From Rhodospirillaceae bacterium (GTDB lineage: Bacteria > Pseudomonadota > Alphaproteobacteria > Rhodospirillales > Magnetospirillaceae), in the NCBI GenBank assembly GCA_030151865.1, contig JASLCK010000007.1, positions 137-64,136 of the forward strand: a stretch of DNA of 64,000 bases, given 5' to 3'. Of this stretch, positions 31,290-41,278 are shown piece after piece. Position 1 is the stretch's first letter; each line of letters begins with the position of its first letter. The translations under genes were made by a program, and so were the position numbers. Under the pieces are notes generated by a model. It was not told the origin of the DNA, searched no databases, and saw only the letters and a list, made by a program, of their open reading frames with translations.

Positions 31290-32984
31290 ATGGGCGGAAT
31301 GACAGTTAAAAAGTTTCTTAGCGCAGTCGGTCTGTTGCAAGGCGGTCACGGCGCGGCCGTTACCTTGTCGGAAACGGCCCTGGCGACCTTCCCCGCCCCT
31401 GTTCTGCTGGCTACCCCATCGGGCCGCGTGTCCGCCGCCAATGGCGCGGCAGGCGCCTTGGCCGCTGCCGTCGCCGAAGGATCGGTGCCCGGCGTTGCCG
31501 CCTCGGTCTCCCGCGCCCTGACATCCAACCGTTCGCAGATCGAAGTGGTGATGGTGCCCGGTCCGGCCGGGGCCATGCTCTACGAATTGAACGTTCTGCC
31601 ATTGCAAGACGGCAATGCGCTGGTGCTGGCCAAGGACGTCACCTTGGAAAGCAATCTGCGCTCCGCTTTGGTGGAATCGCGCCAGCGTTATAAGGATCTG
31701 GTGGAGATTTCCAGCGACTTCGCCTGGGAAGTCGGCCCTGAAGGAACCTTCGTCTTCGTCTCGCCCAAGGGCGCGCTGGGTCACTCGGCGGAACATCTGG
31801 TGGGCCATGCCCCGGCGGAATTCATCGTCGATCAACCCGGCGTCGATGGCCTGCTGCCGTTCCGCTCCGACCGCCCGGTGGAGGAGGCCGAAGTATGGAT
31901 GCGCCGCGCCGATGGCCGGGTCGCCTGCCTGCTGGCGTCGTCCTCGCCGCTGCTGGACGGGGAAGGCCGTCCGCGCGGGGCGCGCGGGGTATGCCGAGAC
32001 ATCACCAAGGAACGCGAACGCGACGCTGCCCTGGCCCGCGCCAACAACCGCGAACGTCTGCTGACCTATATCGTGCGCACCATCCGCGATGTGGTCGATC
32101 CCACCGATATGCTGAAGACCGCGGCGGAAGCCACCGCCCGCGCCCTGGGCGGCACCGGCTGCCAGATTTTCCGCTATCAGGACACCGGCTATGTGCCCGC
32201 CGCCGTGTTCGGCGAAGTGGGCGACCCCGCCCCGGTGATCAGCGCCTTTACCGCCGATGACCGGTTTGAAGGTCTGGTGGGCGGACGTCTGGCCCTGGGC
32301 GGCGTGACCCGGTATCGCCATGACGTCAACGGCGGCATTGTGGTCTGGCGCGACGGCGACGCCCTGCCCTGGGGTGACGATGAACGATTGCTGCTCGACG
32401 ATGTCGGCAATCAGATCGGCATCGCCAACGAACAGATCGCCAATCACGAGCGCATTTTGACCTTGTCGCGCACCGACGGCCTGACCGGCCTGTTCAACCG
32501 CCGCGCCTTCTTTGAAGAGCTGTCACGCCGCTTCTCGCGGTTGGCGCGTGACCGTAAATCGGCGTCGCTGATCTATGTGGATTTGGACAATTTCAAGCTG
32601 GTCAACGACATCCACGGCCACAAGCGCGGCGACGAAGCCTTGCTGGCCGTGCGCGAGATTTTGCTGAAGCACACCCGCCCCATCGATCTGTTGGCCCGCC
32701 TGGGCGGCGATGAGTTCGCCGTCTGGCTGGAAGGCGCGGATGAGCGCATCGCCGTCGGACGCTGCCAGCAAATGCTGGACGCATCCAAGGCGCTGGCCCA
32801 TTTCTCGGGCACGCCTGATCTGCCGCTGACCATGTCCTTAGGGGTGGCAGTACACGATCCGGCGACGCCGGAAACCCTGAACGACTTGTTGGCCCGCGCC
32901 GACGAGGCCATGTATGCGGTCAAGCGTGACGGCAAGTGCGATTTCCGCCTGGCCGGCCCGTCGTCGCATCAGCAGGGAGAATAA
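31290..32984 (+). CDS. Diguanylate cyclase with PAS and GAF-like sensory regions
   Basis: C-terminal RTDGLTGLFNRRAF ... RLGGDEFAVWL (intact GGDEF) and an RxxD-like I-site context; central PAS-like and GAF-like segments. Confidence 0.9.
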   Translation: MGGMTVKKFLSAVGLLQGGHGAAVTLSETALATFPAPVLLATPSGRVSAANGAAGALAAAVAEGSVPGVAASVSRALTSNRSQIEVVMVPGPAGAMLYELNVLPLQDGNALVLAKDVTLESNLRSALVESRQRYKDLVEISSDFAWEVGPEGTFVFVSPKGALGHSAEHLVGHAPAEFIVDQPGVDGLLPFRSDRPVEEAEVWMRRADGRVACLLASSSPLLDGEGRPRGARGVCRDITKERERDAALARANNRERLLTYIVRTIRDVVDPTDMLKTAAEATARALGGTGCQIFRYQDTGYVPAAVFGEVGDPAPVISAFTADDRFEGLVGGRLALGGVTRYRHDVNGGIVVWRDGDALPWGDDERLLLDDVGNQIGIANEQIANHERILTLSRTDGLTGLFNRRAFFEELSRRFSRLARDRKSASLIYVDLDNFKLVNDIHGHKRGDEALLAVREILLKHTRPIDLLARLGGDEFAVWLEGADERIAVGRCQQMLDASKALAHFSGTPDLPLTMSLGVAVHDPATPETLNDLLARADEAMYAVKRDGKCDFRLAGPSSHQQGE

Positions 32985-32987
32985 CGG

Positions 32988-34379
32988 ATGGCCGTCGGCC
33001 AAATCCTGGGAAAGTTGTTGGGCAGCCTGCGCGGCAAAAGCGATGCGGGCGACGGCTCGGTGCGCCTGTTGGGCAACAACAGCATTTCTTACGAGGAAGC
33101 CAAGGAACTGGCCCGCCACACCGACCCCGAAGTGCGCCGCGCCCTGGCGTCGCGCTCGGACGTGCGGCCTGAGATTCTTTACTATCTGGCCACCGATCCG
33201 TCCCCGGAAGTACGCCGGGAAATCGCCGCCAACCGCGCCACCCCGGCCCAGGCCGATCTGCGCCTGGCCGCCGATCTGGACCCCGAGGTGCGCACCGGTC
33301 TGGCGCAGAAGATTTCCCGTCTGGCCCCCGGCCTGTCGCCCGACGAACAGGACCGGCTGCGCCGCATGACCTATGAAGCGCTGGAGCTTCTGGCCCGCGA
33401 TCAGATTACCCGTGTACGGCAAATCCTGGCGGAAACCTTAAAGGATGTCGCCAACGCTCCGCCCGCTTTGATCCGCTCGCTGGCCCATGACAGCGAGTTG
33501 ATCGTCTCGGCCCCGGTGCTGGAATATTCGCCGGTGCTGACCGACGAGGATTTGCTGGAAATCATCCAAAGTTGCCCGGTTGACGGGGCTTTGTCGGCGA
33601 TTTCGCGGCGCGACGCCGTAGGCGGCGATGTTGCCGACGCCATCGCTCGGTCCGAGGATGTGTCCGCCATCGCGGTGTTGCTGGCCAATCCCAGCGCACA
33701 AATCCGCGAAGAAACCCTGGACATGCTGCTGGACCGCGCCCCCGATCAGGAAAGCTGGCACGGCCCCCTGGTGCGCCGCCCGCAATTGTCGGCCCGCGCC
33801 GCTACCCGGTTGGCCCGCTTTGTCGCCGACGCGCTGTTGCAGGTATTGGAAGACCGCGACGATCTGGACGAAGCCACCAAGGCCGCCGTTTCGGCGGTGG
33901 TGCGCCGCCGGGTCGAGGAAGGCGGGGCAGACATGGCCGATTTTCGGGGCGGTTTGCAGGAAGACAAGCCTGCCGACCATCAGGAAAGCCCGATGGAAAC
34001 GGCCAAACGGCTGTATCAGGCCGGACATCTGGAAGAACCGACGCTGATTTCCGCCCTGGGCGCGTCCGATGTGGATTTCGTCATTGCCTCGCTGTCGGTG
34101 CGGGCGGGCGTTTCGGTGGAACTGGTCAAGCGCATCGTCGCCACCCGCAGCGCCAAGGGCATGGTTACCCTGTGCTGGCAGGCTGGTCTGAGCATGGGCG
34201 CGGCGGTGCAGTTGCAAACCAAACTGAGCAAGATCGCCCCCGCCGATGTTCTACGCTCGCGTCCCGGCAGCTTGGCCTTCCCCCTGACGGCGGAAGAAAT
34301 GAGCTGGCAGATGGAATTCTTCGCCGCCATGGCCGGAGAATTGAAGCCGCCCAGCCCCAACCGCAGCCTGCCACCGTAA
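32988..34379 (+). CDS. DUF2336-like protein with HEAT/PBS-lyase-like DPxVR repeats
   Basis: Repeated DPEVRR/DPSPEVRR/DPEVRT units, then LAHDSELIVSAPVLEYSPVLTDEDLLEI, which I recognise as the DUF2336 core; starts 3 nt after the cyclase stop codon. Confidence 0.7.
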   Translation: MAVGQILGKLLGSLRGKSDAGDGSVRLLGNNSISYEEAKELARHTDPEVRRALASRSDVRPEILYYLATDPSPEVRREIAANRATPAQADLRLAADLDPEVRTGLAQKISRLAPGLSPDEQDRLRRMTYEALELLARDQITRVRQILAETLKDVANAPPALIRSLAHDSELIVSAPVLEYSPVLTDEDLLEIIQSCPVDGALSAISRRDAVGGDVADAIARSEDVSAIAVLLANPSAQIREETLDMLLDRAPDQESWHGPLVRRPQLSARAATRLARFVADALLQVLEDRDDLDEATKAAVSAVVRRRVEEGGADMADFRGGLQEDKPADHQESPMETAKRLYQAGHLEEPTLISALGASDVDFVIASLSVRAGVSVELVKRIVATRSAKGMVTLCWQAGLSMGAAVQLQTKLSKIAPADVLRSRPGSLAFPLTAEEMSWQMEFFAAMAGELKPPSPNRSLPP

Positions 34380-34384
34380 GGCGA

Positions 34385-35257
34385 TCAAAGCAGATCGGCG
34401 AAGGCCTGCGCCGCCCGGCTGAGTCCCCGCTCGCAATGTCGCACCAGGGAAAAGCGCCGCCCCGGCAGCACGCAGGCCGCAGCGCGCATGGTGCCCGCCG
34501 CCAAAGCGGGGCCAACCACCAGCATCGACAAAACCGACGCCCCCGCCCCGGCTTCCACGGCGGCACGCACGGCTTCGTTGCTGGGCAGTTCCAAAACCAC
34601 ATCGACATCGGCCAGACTTAAGCCTCGGCTGGCCAGCAAATCCTGGGTGGCGACGCGGGTGCCCGACCCACTTTCCCGCAAGATCCACGGCAGACGACGC
34701 AAATCCTCGGCCTCCAGCGCCTGTTGGGCCGCCCATTGGTGATTGCCCGCCACCACCAGCGCCAGCCGATCATCGGCCACCGTGCGCGTGGTTAAGGCTG
34801 GGTTCGACACCGCCCCTTCGACAATCCCCAGATCGCAATCCCCCTGTTCGACCGCCTGACAGACCTGGGCGGTGTTGGCGATGGACAGATCGATGGCGAT
34901 GCCGGGATGTTGGTTATGAAAGGCATGTAAAAGCGGCGGCAGCCAATACGTCGCCACCGTCTGACTGCCCGACAGCACCAGCCGCCCACGCTCCAAACCC
35001 GACAGTTCGGCCAGCACCTTTTCGGCATGACGGGCCGAACTGAGGACACGACGCGCCTCGTCCAGAAACTGCCGTCCTTCCGCCGTCAGTTCGACGCACC
35101 GCCCGATGCGGTGAAACAAGGCAACGTTCCAGCGCCCTTCCAACGCCGCCACGGCTGCCGAAACCGCCGACTGGGTCAACCCCAACGCCTGAGCCGCCTG
35201 GGTGAAATGCAGCCGTTCCGCCACGGCGGCGAAGATGCGCAGTTGCTCCAAGGTCAT
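34385..35257 (-). CDS. LysR-family transcriptional regulator
   Basis: N-terminal HTH MTLEQLRIFAAVAERLHFTQAAQALGLTQSAVSAAVAALE; divergent from yeiH as in the yeiE-yeiH pair. Confidence 0.9.
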   Translation of the reverse strand: MTLEQLRIFAAVAERLHFTQAAQALGLTQSAVSAAVAALEGRWNVALFHRIGRCVELTAEGRQFLDEARRVLSSARHAEKVLAELSGLERGRLVLSGSQTVATYWLPPLLHAFHNQHPGIAIDLSIANTAQVCQAVEQGDCDLGIVEGAVSNPALTTRTVADDRLALVVAGNHQWAAQQALEAEDLRRLPWILRESGSGTRVATQDLLASRGLSLADVDVVLELPSNEAVRAAVEAGAGASVLSMLVVGPALAAGTMRAAACVLPGRRFSLVRHCERGLSRAAQAFADLL

Positions 35258-35351
35258 GACACGGCTCCGTCAATCAACAAATAAAACTGATCAATATCAG
35301 AATTATAATGAATTGGACAGATTGATGGTCAAAGTTTCACATTAGCCCCAG

Positions 35352-36410
35352 GTGAAACACAGATATTTCGAGATCATCATGCCCGCGCAAGAAGACGTTC
35401 TGCCACAGACCCCCACCCTTCCCGTTTGGCTCGCCAAGGCCGCGCCGGGCGTGGCTCTGTCGCTGTCGCTGGCGGGTGCCGCTGTCCTGATGCGCCATCT
35501 GCCGGGGGTGTCCATCCTCAGCCCCTCCGCCCTGGCGATCCTGTTGGGCATCGGCCTGCGTCAAGTCACCGGGGCCCCCGCCTTCCTGCAACCGGGTTTG
35601 GCCCTGTCGGTGCGTGTGCTGCTGCGCTTGGCGGTGGTTCTGCTGGGCTTGCAGGTGACCTTGGGTCAGGTCGCCGCCCTGGGCTTCGGGGCTTTGGCCG
35701 CCGTCGCCGCCGGTCTGGTGGCCTGTTACAGCATCACCGTCTGGCTGGGCGGCAAGCTGGGGGTGGCCCCGCGCCTGACCCGCCTGATCGCCATCGGCAC
35801 CGCTGTCTGCGGGGCCTCCGCCGTGGTGGCGGGCAATTCGGTGATCAAGGGCGAGGACGAGGATGTCGGTTACGCCCTGGCCACCGTCACCCTGTTCGGC
35901 ACCGTCGCCATGCTGGGCATGCCCTTGGCGGCGCTGGCCCTGGGCCTGGATCACGGCACCGCCGGGCTGTGGCTGGGCGCATCCATCCACGAAGTTGCCC
36001 AGGTCGTCGGCGCGGCCACCCAGTTGGACGTCCAGACCGTGCAGACCGCCACCGTCGCCAAAATGGCCCGCGTGCTGATGCTGGCCCCGCTGGTGTTGAC
36101 CCTGGCCGCCCTGGGCCGTGCCAAGAGCCACGGCGACAACAGCCCCAAGGCCAAGGTGCCGGTGCCGTGGTTCGTCTTCGGCTTCCTGGCTCTGGCCGCC
36201 ATCGCCAGCCTGGGCGTGGTGCCTGCCGCCGCCACCCAGATGGCGGGTCAAACCTCGGCCTTCCTGCTGGCCACCGCGTTGGCGGCCATGGGTTTCGGCA
36301 TGAACATCCGCGCTTTGCTGCTGAAAGGCGTGCGCCCCCTGATCCTGGCCATCGTCGCCTGGGGCATCATCAGCGGCGTCAGCCTGGGATTGCTGGTGAC
36401 GGTCGGCTGA
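35352..36410 (+). CDS. yeiH: YeiH/UPF0324 family putative sulfate-exporter-type membrane protein
   Basis: Polytopic membrane protein with the characteristic GTAVCGASAVVA and HEVAQVVGAA segments. Confidence 0.8.
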   Translation: MKHRYFEIIMPAQEDVLPQTPTLPVWLAKAAPGVALSLSLAGAAVLMRHLPGVSILSPSALAILLGIGLRQVTGAPAFLQPGLALSVRVLLRLAVVLLGLQVTLGQVAALGFGALAAVAAGLVACYSITVWLGGKLGVAPRLTRLIAIGTAVCGASAVVAGNSVIKGEDEDVGYALATVTLFGTVAMLGMPLAALALGLDHGTAGLWLGASIHEVAQVVGAATQLDVQTVQTATVAKMARVLMLAPLVLTLAALGRAKSHGDNSPKAKVPVPWFVFGFLALAAIASLGVVPAAATQMAGQTSAFLLATALAAMGFGMNIRALLLKGVRPLILAIVAWGIISGVSLGLLVTVG

Positions 36411-36444
36411 CCCCCCCGTTGACGATCCACCTCCTTTCGCCGCA

Positions 36445-36475
36445 CCCCCGGGCATTGTCCCGGGGGTTTTCTTTT
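36445..36475 (+). terminator. Rho-independent terminator after yeiH
   Basis: CCCCCGGG-cattgt-CCCGGGGG followed by TTTTCTTTTT. Confidence 0.8.
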
Positions 36476-36516
36476 TCCCGCTTGCCTTTTTGTCCCAGGC
36501 ACCCGATATTCCGGGC

Positions 36517-36612
36517 GGGAGACTGGCGGCGGGCAAGCTTGTCGCCAACCCGGTCAGGTCCGGAAGGAAGCAGCCGTAACGATTTCCTGCTTGGGTCGTT
36601 GTCCAGTCTCCC
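36517..36612 (+). ncRNA. ffs: Signal recognition particle RNA (4.5S, small bacterial type)
   Basis: Contains GGUCAGGUCCGGAAGGAAGCAGCC (domain IV motif, as in E. coli 4.5S RNA); 5' GGGAGACUGG pairs with 3' CCAGUCUCCC; conserved position upstream of dnaX. Confidence 0.85.
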
Positions 36613-36670
36613 ACCTTCCCGCATCGCCTCTCCCCGGGGTGACTTCTTCCGAGGGTGAACGAACGGCGCC

Positions 36671-38476
36671 ATGACCGATATCATTGGGGACAGCCCCGCT
36701 CCCGCGCCTTATCGCGTTCTTGCCCGGAAATACCGGCCAACCGACTTTTCCCAGCTGATCGGCCAGGAAGCCCTGGTCCGCACCCTGACCAACGCCATCC
36801 AGACCGGACGTCTGGCGCACGCTTTCGTGCTGACCGGCGTGCGCGGGGTCGGCAAGACCACGACGGCGCGCATCATTGCCCGCGCCCTGAACTGCATCGG
36901 CCCCGACGGCAAGGGCGGCCCCACCACCGAACCTTGCGGCGTTTGCGAACATTGCCGCGCCATTGCCGAAGACCGCCATGTCGATGTGATGGAAATGGAC
37001 GCCGCCAGCCGCACCGGCGTCAACGACATCCGCGAAATTATCGAAGGCGTGCGCTATCGCCCGACCTCGGCGCGTTTCAAAGTCTATATCATCGACGAAG
37101 TGCACATGCTGTCCACCGCCGCCTTCAACGCCCTGTTGAAGACGCTGGAGGAACCGCCCGAGCATGTGAAGTTCATCTTCGCCACCACCGAAATCCGCAA
37201 AATCCCCGTCACCGTGCTGTCGCGCTGCCAGCGCTTCGACCTGCGCCGTGTCGAGATCGAGGAACTGACCCGCCACTTCACCAACATCGCCGACAAGGAA
37301 AACGCCGAGATCGAGCCCGCCGCCCTGGCGATGATCGCGCGCGCCGCCGACGGTTCGGTGCGCGACGGCCTGTCCTTGCTGGATCAGGCCATCGCCCACG
37401 GCGCGGGCAAGGTGAGCGAGGAACAGGTCCGCGACATGCTGGGTCTGGCCGACCGGGCCCGCGTCTTCGATCTGTTCGACGCGGTGATGAAGGGCCAGAT
37501 CAACGACGCCTTGGATCAGATGGCTGGGCAATATGCCGTCGGCGCCGATCCGGTGGTGATCTTGCAAGACATGCTGGAACTGACCCACTGGCTGACCCGC
37601 CTCAAGCTGGCCCCGGATTCCGGTGCTGGTCCGGCGGTTTCGGAAACCGAACGGGTGCGCGGCGGCGAGATGGCCAAGGGCCTGTCCATGGCGGTGCTGA
37701 CCCGTGCCTGGCAAATGCTGTTGAAGGGTGTGGGCGAGGTTAGAACCGCGCCGTCACCCCTGCAAGCGGCGGAAATGGTGCTGGTCCGCATGGCCTATGC
37801 CGCCGATCTGCCCAGCCCGGCCGATCTGATCGAACAATTGCGCAACGCCCCGCAGCAGCCCGCTCCGTCGGGCGGCGGCGGCTCGGGCGGCGGTTCGGGG
37901 GGTGGCGTATCGGCATCCGGCGCGGCTCCGTCGGGCGGCGGCTTTGCCCAGACCTTGGCCCAGGCCACCGTCAATGGCGCACCCAGCGGCCCGCAGACCG
38001 TGATGACGGTTCAGCCCTTGCCGCAACCTGCCAACCAGCCCGCCGAAGTGGGTCTGGCAACGTTCGAGGATGTGGCGCAGCTGTTTGTCGATAAGCGCGA
38101 AGCGGTGCTGGCGACCCATCTCAAAAGCTCGGTCCATCTGGTCCGCTTTGAACCGGGCCGCATCGAATTTCGCCCCGATTCCGGCACTCCGTCCGATCTG
38201 GCAACCCGCGTCAGCCGGTTGCTGGGCGAATGGACGGGCCGCCCCTGGCTGGTCAGCGTATCGCGCGACCAGGGCCAGCCCACTTTGCGCGAACAGGCGC
38301 TGGAACGCGAACTGAAGCGCAAGCAAGACGCCGCCAGCCACCCGCTGGTTCAGGCGGTGTTGACCACTTTCCCCGGTGCCATCATTGAAATGGTGCGCGA
38401 CATCGGCGAGGAGGGCGCGGACGACGCCGCCCCGGTCTTCGCCGATGCAGACCCCGTTAACGGAGACGACGACTAA
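36671..38476 (+). CDS. dnaX: DNA polymerase III subunits gamma/tau
   Basis: GVRGVGKTTTARI Walker A, Zn module CGVCEHCRAI, IIDEVHML, SRCQRF; Gly-rich linker. Confidence 0.95.
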   Translation: MTDIIGDSPAPAPYRVLARKYRPTDFSQLIGQEALVRTLTNAIQTGRLAHAFVLTGVRGVGKTTTARIIARALNCIGPDGKGGPTTEPCGVCEHCRAIAEDRHVDVMEMDAASRTGVNDIREIIEGVRYRPTSARFKVYIIDEVHMLSTAAFNALLKTLEEPPEHVKFIFATTEIRKIPVTVLSRCQRFDLRRVEIEELTRHFTNIADKENAEIEPAALAMIARAADGSVRDGLSLLDQAIAHGAGKVSEEQVRDMLGLADRARVFDLFDAVMKGQINDALDQMAGQYAVGADPVVILQDMLELTHWLTRLKLAPDSGAGPAVSETERVRGGEMAKGLSMAVLTRAWQMLLKGVGEVRTAPSPLQAAEMVLVRMAYAADLPSPADLIEQLRNAPQQPAPSGGGGSGGGSGGGVSASGAAPSGGGFAQTLAQATVNGAPSGPQTVMTVQPLPQPANQPAEVGLATFEDVAQLFVDKREAVLATHLKSSVHLVRFEPGRIEFRPDSGTPSDLATRVSRLLGEWTGRPWLVSVSRDQGQPTLREQALERELKRKQDAASHPLVQAVLTTFPGAIIEMVRDIGEEGADDAAPVFADADPVNGDDD

Positions 38477-38799
38477 TGAAGAACCTCGGCAACCTGATGA
38501 AGCAGGCCCAGCAGATGCAGGCCAAGATGGGCGAAATGCAGGCCAAGATGGACCAGATGGAAGTCGGCGGTGCATCCGGCGGCGGCATGGTCCAGGTGGT
38601 GATCAGCGGCAAGGGCGACTTGCGCAAGCTGAAGATCGACCCGTCCATCGTCCAGCCCGACGATGTGGAAATGCTGGAAGACCTGATCGTCGCCGCCTTC
38701 AACGACGCCAAGAGCAAGGCCGAAGCCACCATGCAGGCGGAAATGCAGAAGATCACCGGCGGCCTGAACTTGCCCGCCGGCCTGAAGCTGCCTTTCTGA
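38476..38799 (+). CDS. ybaB: YbaB/EbfC nucleoid-associated protein
   Basis: [18 protein letters not shown]... typical YbaB; dnaX-ybaB-recR synteny. Confidence 0.95.
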   Translation: MKNLGNLMKQAQQMQAKMGEMQAKMDQMEVGGASGGGMVQVVISGKGDLRKLKIDPSIVQPDDVEMLEDLIVAAFNDAKSKAEATMQAEMQKITGGLNLPAGLKLPF

Positions 38800-38824
38800 T
38801 CCCCTGAACCTCGGTCCCAACGCC

Positions 38825-39418
38825 ATGTCCGGTCCCGAAATCGAGCGGCTGATTCAGTTGCTGGCCCGCGTGCCGGGCCTGGGACCGCGTTCGGCACGGC
38901 GCGCGGCGCTTCACCTTTTGAAGCGCCGCGATGCCTTGCTGCTTCCCCTGCATGACGCCCTGGCCGATGCCGCCGACAAGGTGAAGACCTGTTCGATCTG
39001 CGGCAATTACGACAGCACCGACCCTTGCGCCATCTGCGAGGATCACCGCCGCGACCCCAGCATCATCTGCGTGGTGGAAGATGTTTCCAGCCTGTGGGCC
39101 ATCGAACGTTCGGGCGTGTTCAAGGGGCGCTACCATGTTCTGGGCGGCGTCCTGTCGGCCCTGGACGGCGTCGGCCCCGACGATCTCAACGTCGATAAGC
39201 TGATCGGCCGGGCCCGCGGCAACGATGTCCGGGAAATCATCCTGGCGGTCGGCGCGACGGTGGACGGACAAACCACCGCCCATTACGTCATCGACCGGCT
39301 GGCGGGCTTTAATCTGGTCATCTCCGGCCTGGCCCACGGCGTGCCCATCGGCGGCGAACTGGACTTCCTGGACGACGGCACCATCGGCGCCGCCCTGCGC
39401 GCCCGCCGCCCGGTCTGA
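38825..39418 (+). CDS. recR: Recombination protein RecR
   Basis: Hh[12 protein letters not shown], Zn finger [16 protein letters not shown], Toprim region. Confidence 0.95.
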   Translation: MSGPEIERLIQLLARVPGLGPRSARRAALHLLKRRDALLLPLHDALADAADKVKTCSICGNYDSTDPCAICEDHRRDPSIICVVEDVSSLWAIERSGVFKGRYHVLGGVLSALDGVGPDDLNVDKLIGRARGNDVREIILAVGATVDGQTTAHYVIDRLAGFNLVISGLAHGVPIGGELDFLDDGTIGAALRARRPV

Positions 39419-39449
39419 CCGAACACTCTTTCCCCAGCCACGGCAAAAC

Positions 39450-39493
39450 AAAACCCCGCATCCGGCGCTCGGCCCGATGCGGGGTTTTGTTTG
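39450..39493. terminator. Bidirectional terminator between recR and the zinc-ribbon gene
   Basis: AAAACCCCGCATC-(13 nt)-GATGCGGGGTTTT with flanking A/T tracts. Confidence 0.8.
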
Positions 39494-39525
39494 AATATGC
39501 CGAAGCTACAAAGGCTTTGGCCGGA

Positions 39526-40470
39526 TTACTTCTTGCCTTCGACCGGCGGCTTGGCGTCCTTGCCGTCCACCGGCGGGCGGGCGTTGGTGAAGGTCACTTC
39601 GAAACGGCTGGCATGGGGGTCCGGCTGTTCCAGGGTAATGCGGAAACCGATGGTGGCATGGGGGTCCAGCGCCACCTGGGGCGGATTGATCACCCGTTCC
39701 TGCAAGGGCCGCTGATCTTCATAAAGAGCCAGACGCAACAGCGGAATCTCGCGCACCATATCGGTGGTGTTGGTGATCACGCCGCGCACCACCAGGATTT
39801 CCGAATTGTCCTGGCTAAGCCGTTCCGACTGGTAATTGCTGAAGGCCAGCCCCAGACCGACCACTTCGTTGCGCAGGCCCAATTCCTCGTAATAGGGGGC
39901 CAACTGCGGGAACTGATCGATCACCCGGTCCTGGAAGAAGTACATCACCCCGCCGACCGCCACCAAAAGCAGGACCAGCAACAGCAGGATCAGACCGGCG
40001 GCACCCTTGCGCCGGGCCGGGGGCTTGGGCGGAGGGGCGGCAAATACGTCGGGAATGGGTTCGGGCGACGACTGCATCATCAGCTCGGCAATGCGGGCGA
40101 AGGGGTCTTCTTCCTCCTCCCCATCCGGCTTTTTGGCGTCGTCCTTCTTTTCCCCCTCGCCTTCGGCGTCCGACAACAGGCTGTCGAAATCCAGACCGCC
40201 CTTGTCGTCGTCCGAACCGCCCAGGCCGTCCAGCTTGAACGCCTTGTTCAAGTCTTCGAAATCCTGATCGACCAGACTGTCGTTGGGGCGCGGCACCGGG
40301 TCCGCCGACATGGCGGGCGGCATTTCCAAAGGAATGTCATCCAGGCGGATCAGGGGATCCTGGTGCCACTTTTCGCCGCATTTGGCACAACGCATGGCAC
40401 GCCCGCGCGGACCGATGGCGGCCTCGGGGACTGAGAATTGCGCTTGGCAGCTTGGGCAAGTGATAATCAT
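39526..40470 (-). CDS. Zinc-ribbon (MJ0042-type) membrane protein with acidic linker and DUF3426-like C-terminal domain
   Basis: MIITCPSCQAQFSVP...MRCAKCGEKW zinc ribbon, Asp/Glu-rich spacer, one TM (LILLLLVLLLVAVGGVMYFF); ATG 40470 preferred to 40575. Confidence 0.75.
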   Translation of the reverse strand: MIITCPSCQAQFSVPEAAIGPRGRAMRCAKCGEKWHQDPLIRLDDIPLEMPPAMSADPVPRPNDSLVDQDFEDLNKAFKLDGLGGSDDDKGGLDFDSLLSDAEGEGEKKDDAKKPDGEEEEDPFARIAELMMQSSPEPIPDVFAAPPPKPPARRKGAAGLILLLLVLLLVAVGGVMYFFQDRVIDQFPQLAPYYEELGLRNEVVGLGLAFSNYQSERLSQDNSEILVVRGVITNTTDMVREIPLLRLALYEDQRPLQERVINPPQVALDPHATIGFRITLEQPDPHASRFEVTFTNARPPVDGKDAKPPVEGKK

Positions 40471-40591
40471 CTGACCGACACACCCGCTAAAATATTGTTC
40501 TTTATAGGGCCAGCCAGGATACAACACAAGCGCGCGCTGGACGTGACGGCTGCCCCATGCAATCCTCTGCCCCATCAGGAGGAATGAAAGC

Positions 40592-41278
40592 GTGCGACGT
40601 CAGGCGGCAGCCCCGGCCAATGTTGTGCAGTTCGACAGCGTCGGACTGCGGTATGGTCATGGCCCCGAAATCTTGCAAGACATCAGTTTCGCCCTGCCGG
40701 CGGGATCGTTTCACTTCCTGACTGGGTCTTCGGGCGCGGGCAAGTCCTCGCTGTTGCGGCTGATGTATCTGGCGCACCGCCCGTCGCGCGGGCGTGTCGT
40801 GCTGTTTGGCCGCGACATCGCGCAAACCCGCCGCTATGAACTGCCCGCTCTGCGCCGCCGCGTCGGTGTGGTGTTTCAGGAATTCAAGCTTCTGGACCAT
40901 TTGTCGGCCCTGGACAATGTCGCCCTGCCGCTGCGGGTGGCGGGCGCCAGCGAAGCCGATGTGCGCAAATTCGTCCCCGATCTGCTAAGCTGGGTCGGTC
41001 TGGCCGAGCATCTGCACGCCAAGCCGCCGACCTTGTCGGGCGGGCAAAAGCAGCGCGTCGCCATCGCCCGCGCGGTGATTGGACGCCCCGATCTGATCTT
41101 GGCCGACGAACCGACCGGCAACGTCGATGACCACATCGCCATGCGCCTGATGTATCTGTTTGAAGAGTTGAATAAGCTGGGAACCACCGTGGTGGTGGCG
41201 ACCCATAACGAATCCCTGGTGTCCAGGCTGGGCTACCCCTGCCTGCATCTGGAAAACGGAAGGCTTATTCAGGAATGA
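40592..41278 (+). CDS. ftsE: Cell division ATP-binding protein FtsE
   Basis: GSSGAGKSS Walker [15 protein letters not shown] signature, ILADEPTGN Walker B; followed by ftsX. Confidence 0.9.
   Translation: MRRQAAAPANVVQFDSVGLRYGHGPEILQDISFALPAGSFHFLTGSSGAGKSSLLRLMYLAHRPSRGRVVLFGRDIAQTRRYELPALRRRVGVVFQEFKLLDHLSALDNVALPLRVAGASEADVRKFVPDLLSWVGLAEHLHAKPPTLSGGQKQRVAIARAVIGRPDLILADEPTGNVDDHIAMRLMYLFEELNKLGTTVVVATHNESLVSRLGYPCLHLENGRLIQE

Noticed and set aside
35337-36658. 425-aa (-) and 410-aa (+) ORFs overlapping yeiH
   Set aside because: Alternative frame or antisense of a polytopic membrane protein gene. Both translate to Gly/Arg/Pro/Gln-rich strings, and the minus ORF would also run through the SRP RNA.
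36554-37714. 386-aa ORF on the - strand
   Set aside because: Antisense to dnaX and overlapping ffs. No motifs; shadow ORF.
36671-38476. Programmed -1 frameshift site (A AAA AAG) for a gamma subunit in dnaX
   Set aside because: No AAAAAAG heptamer or similar slippery run was seen in the gene.
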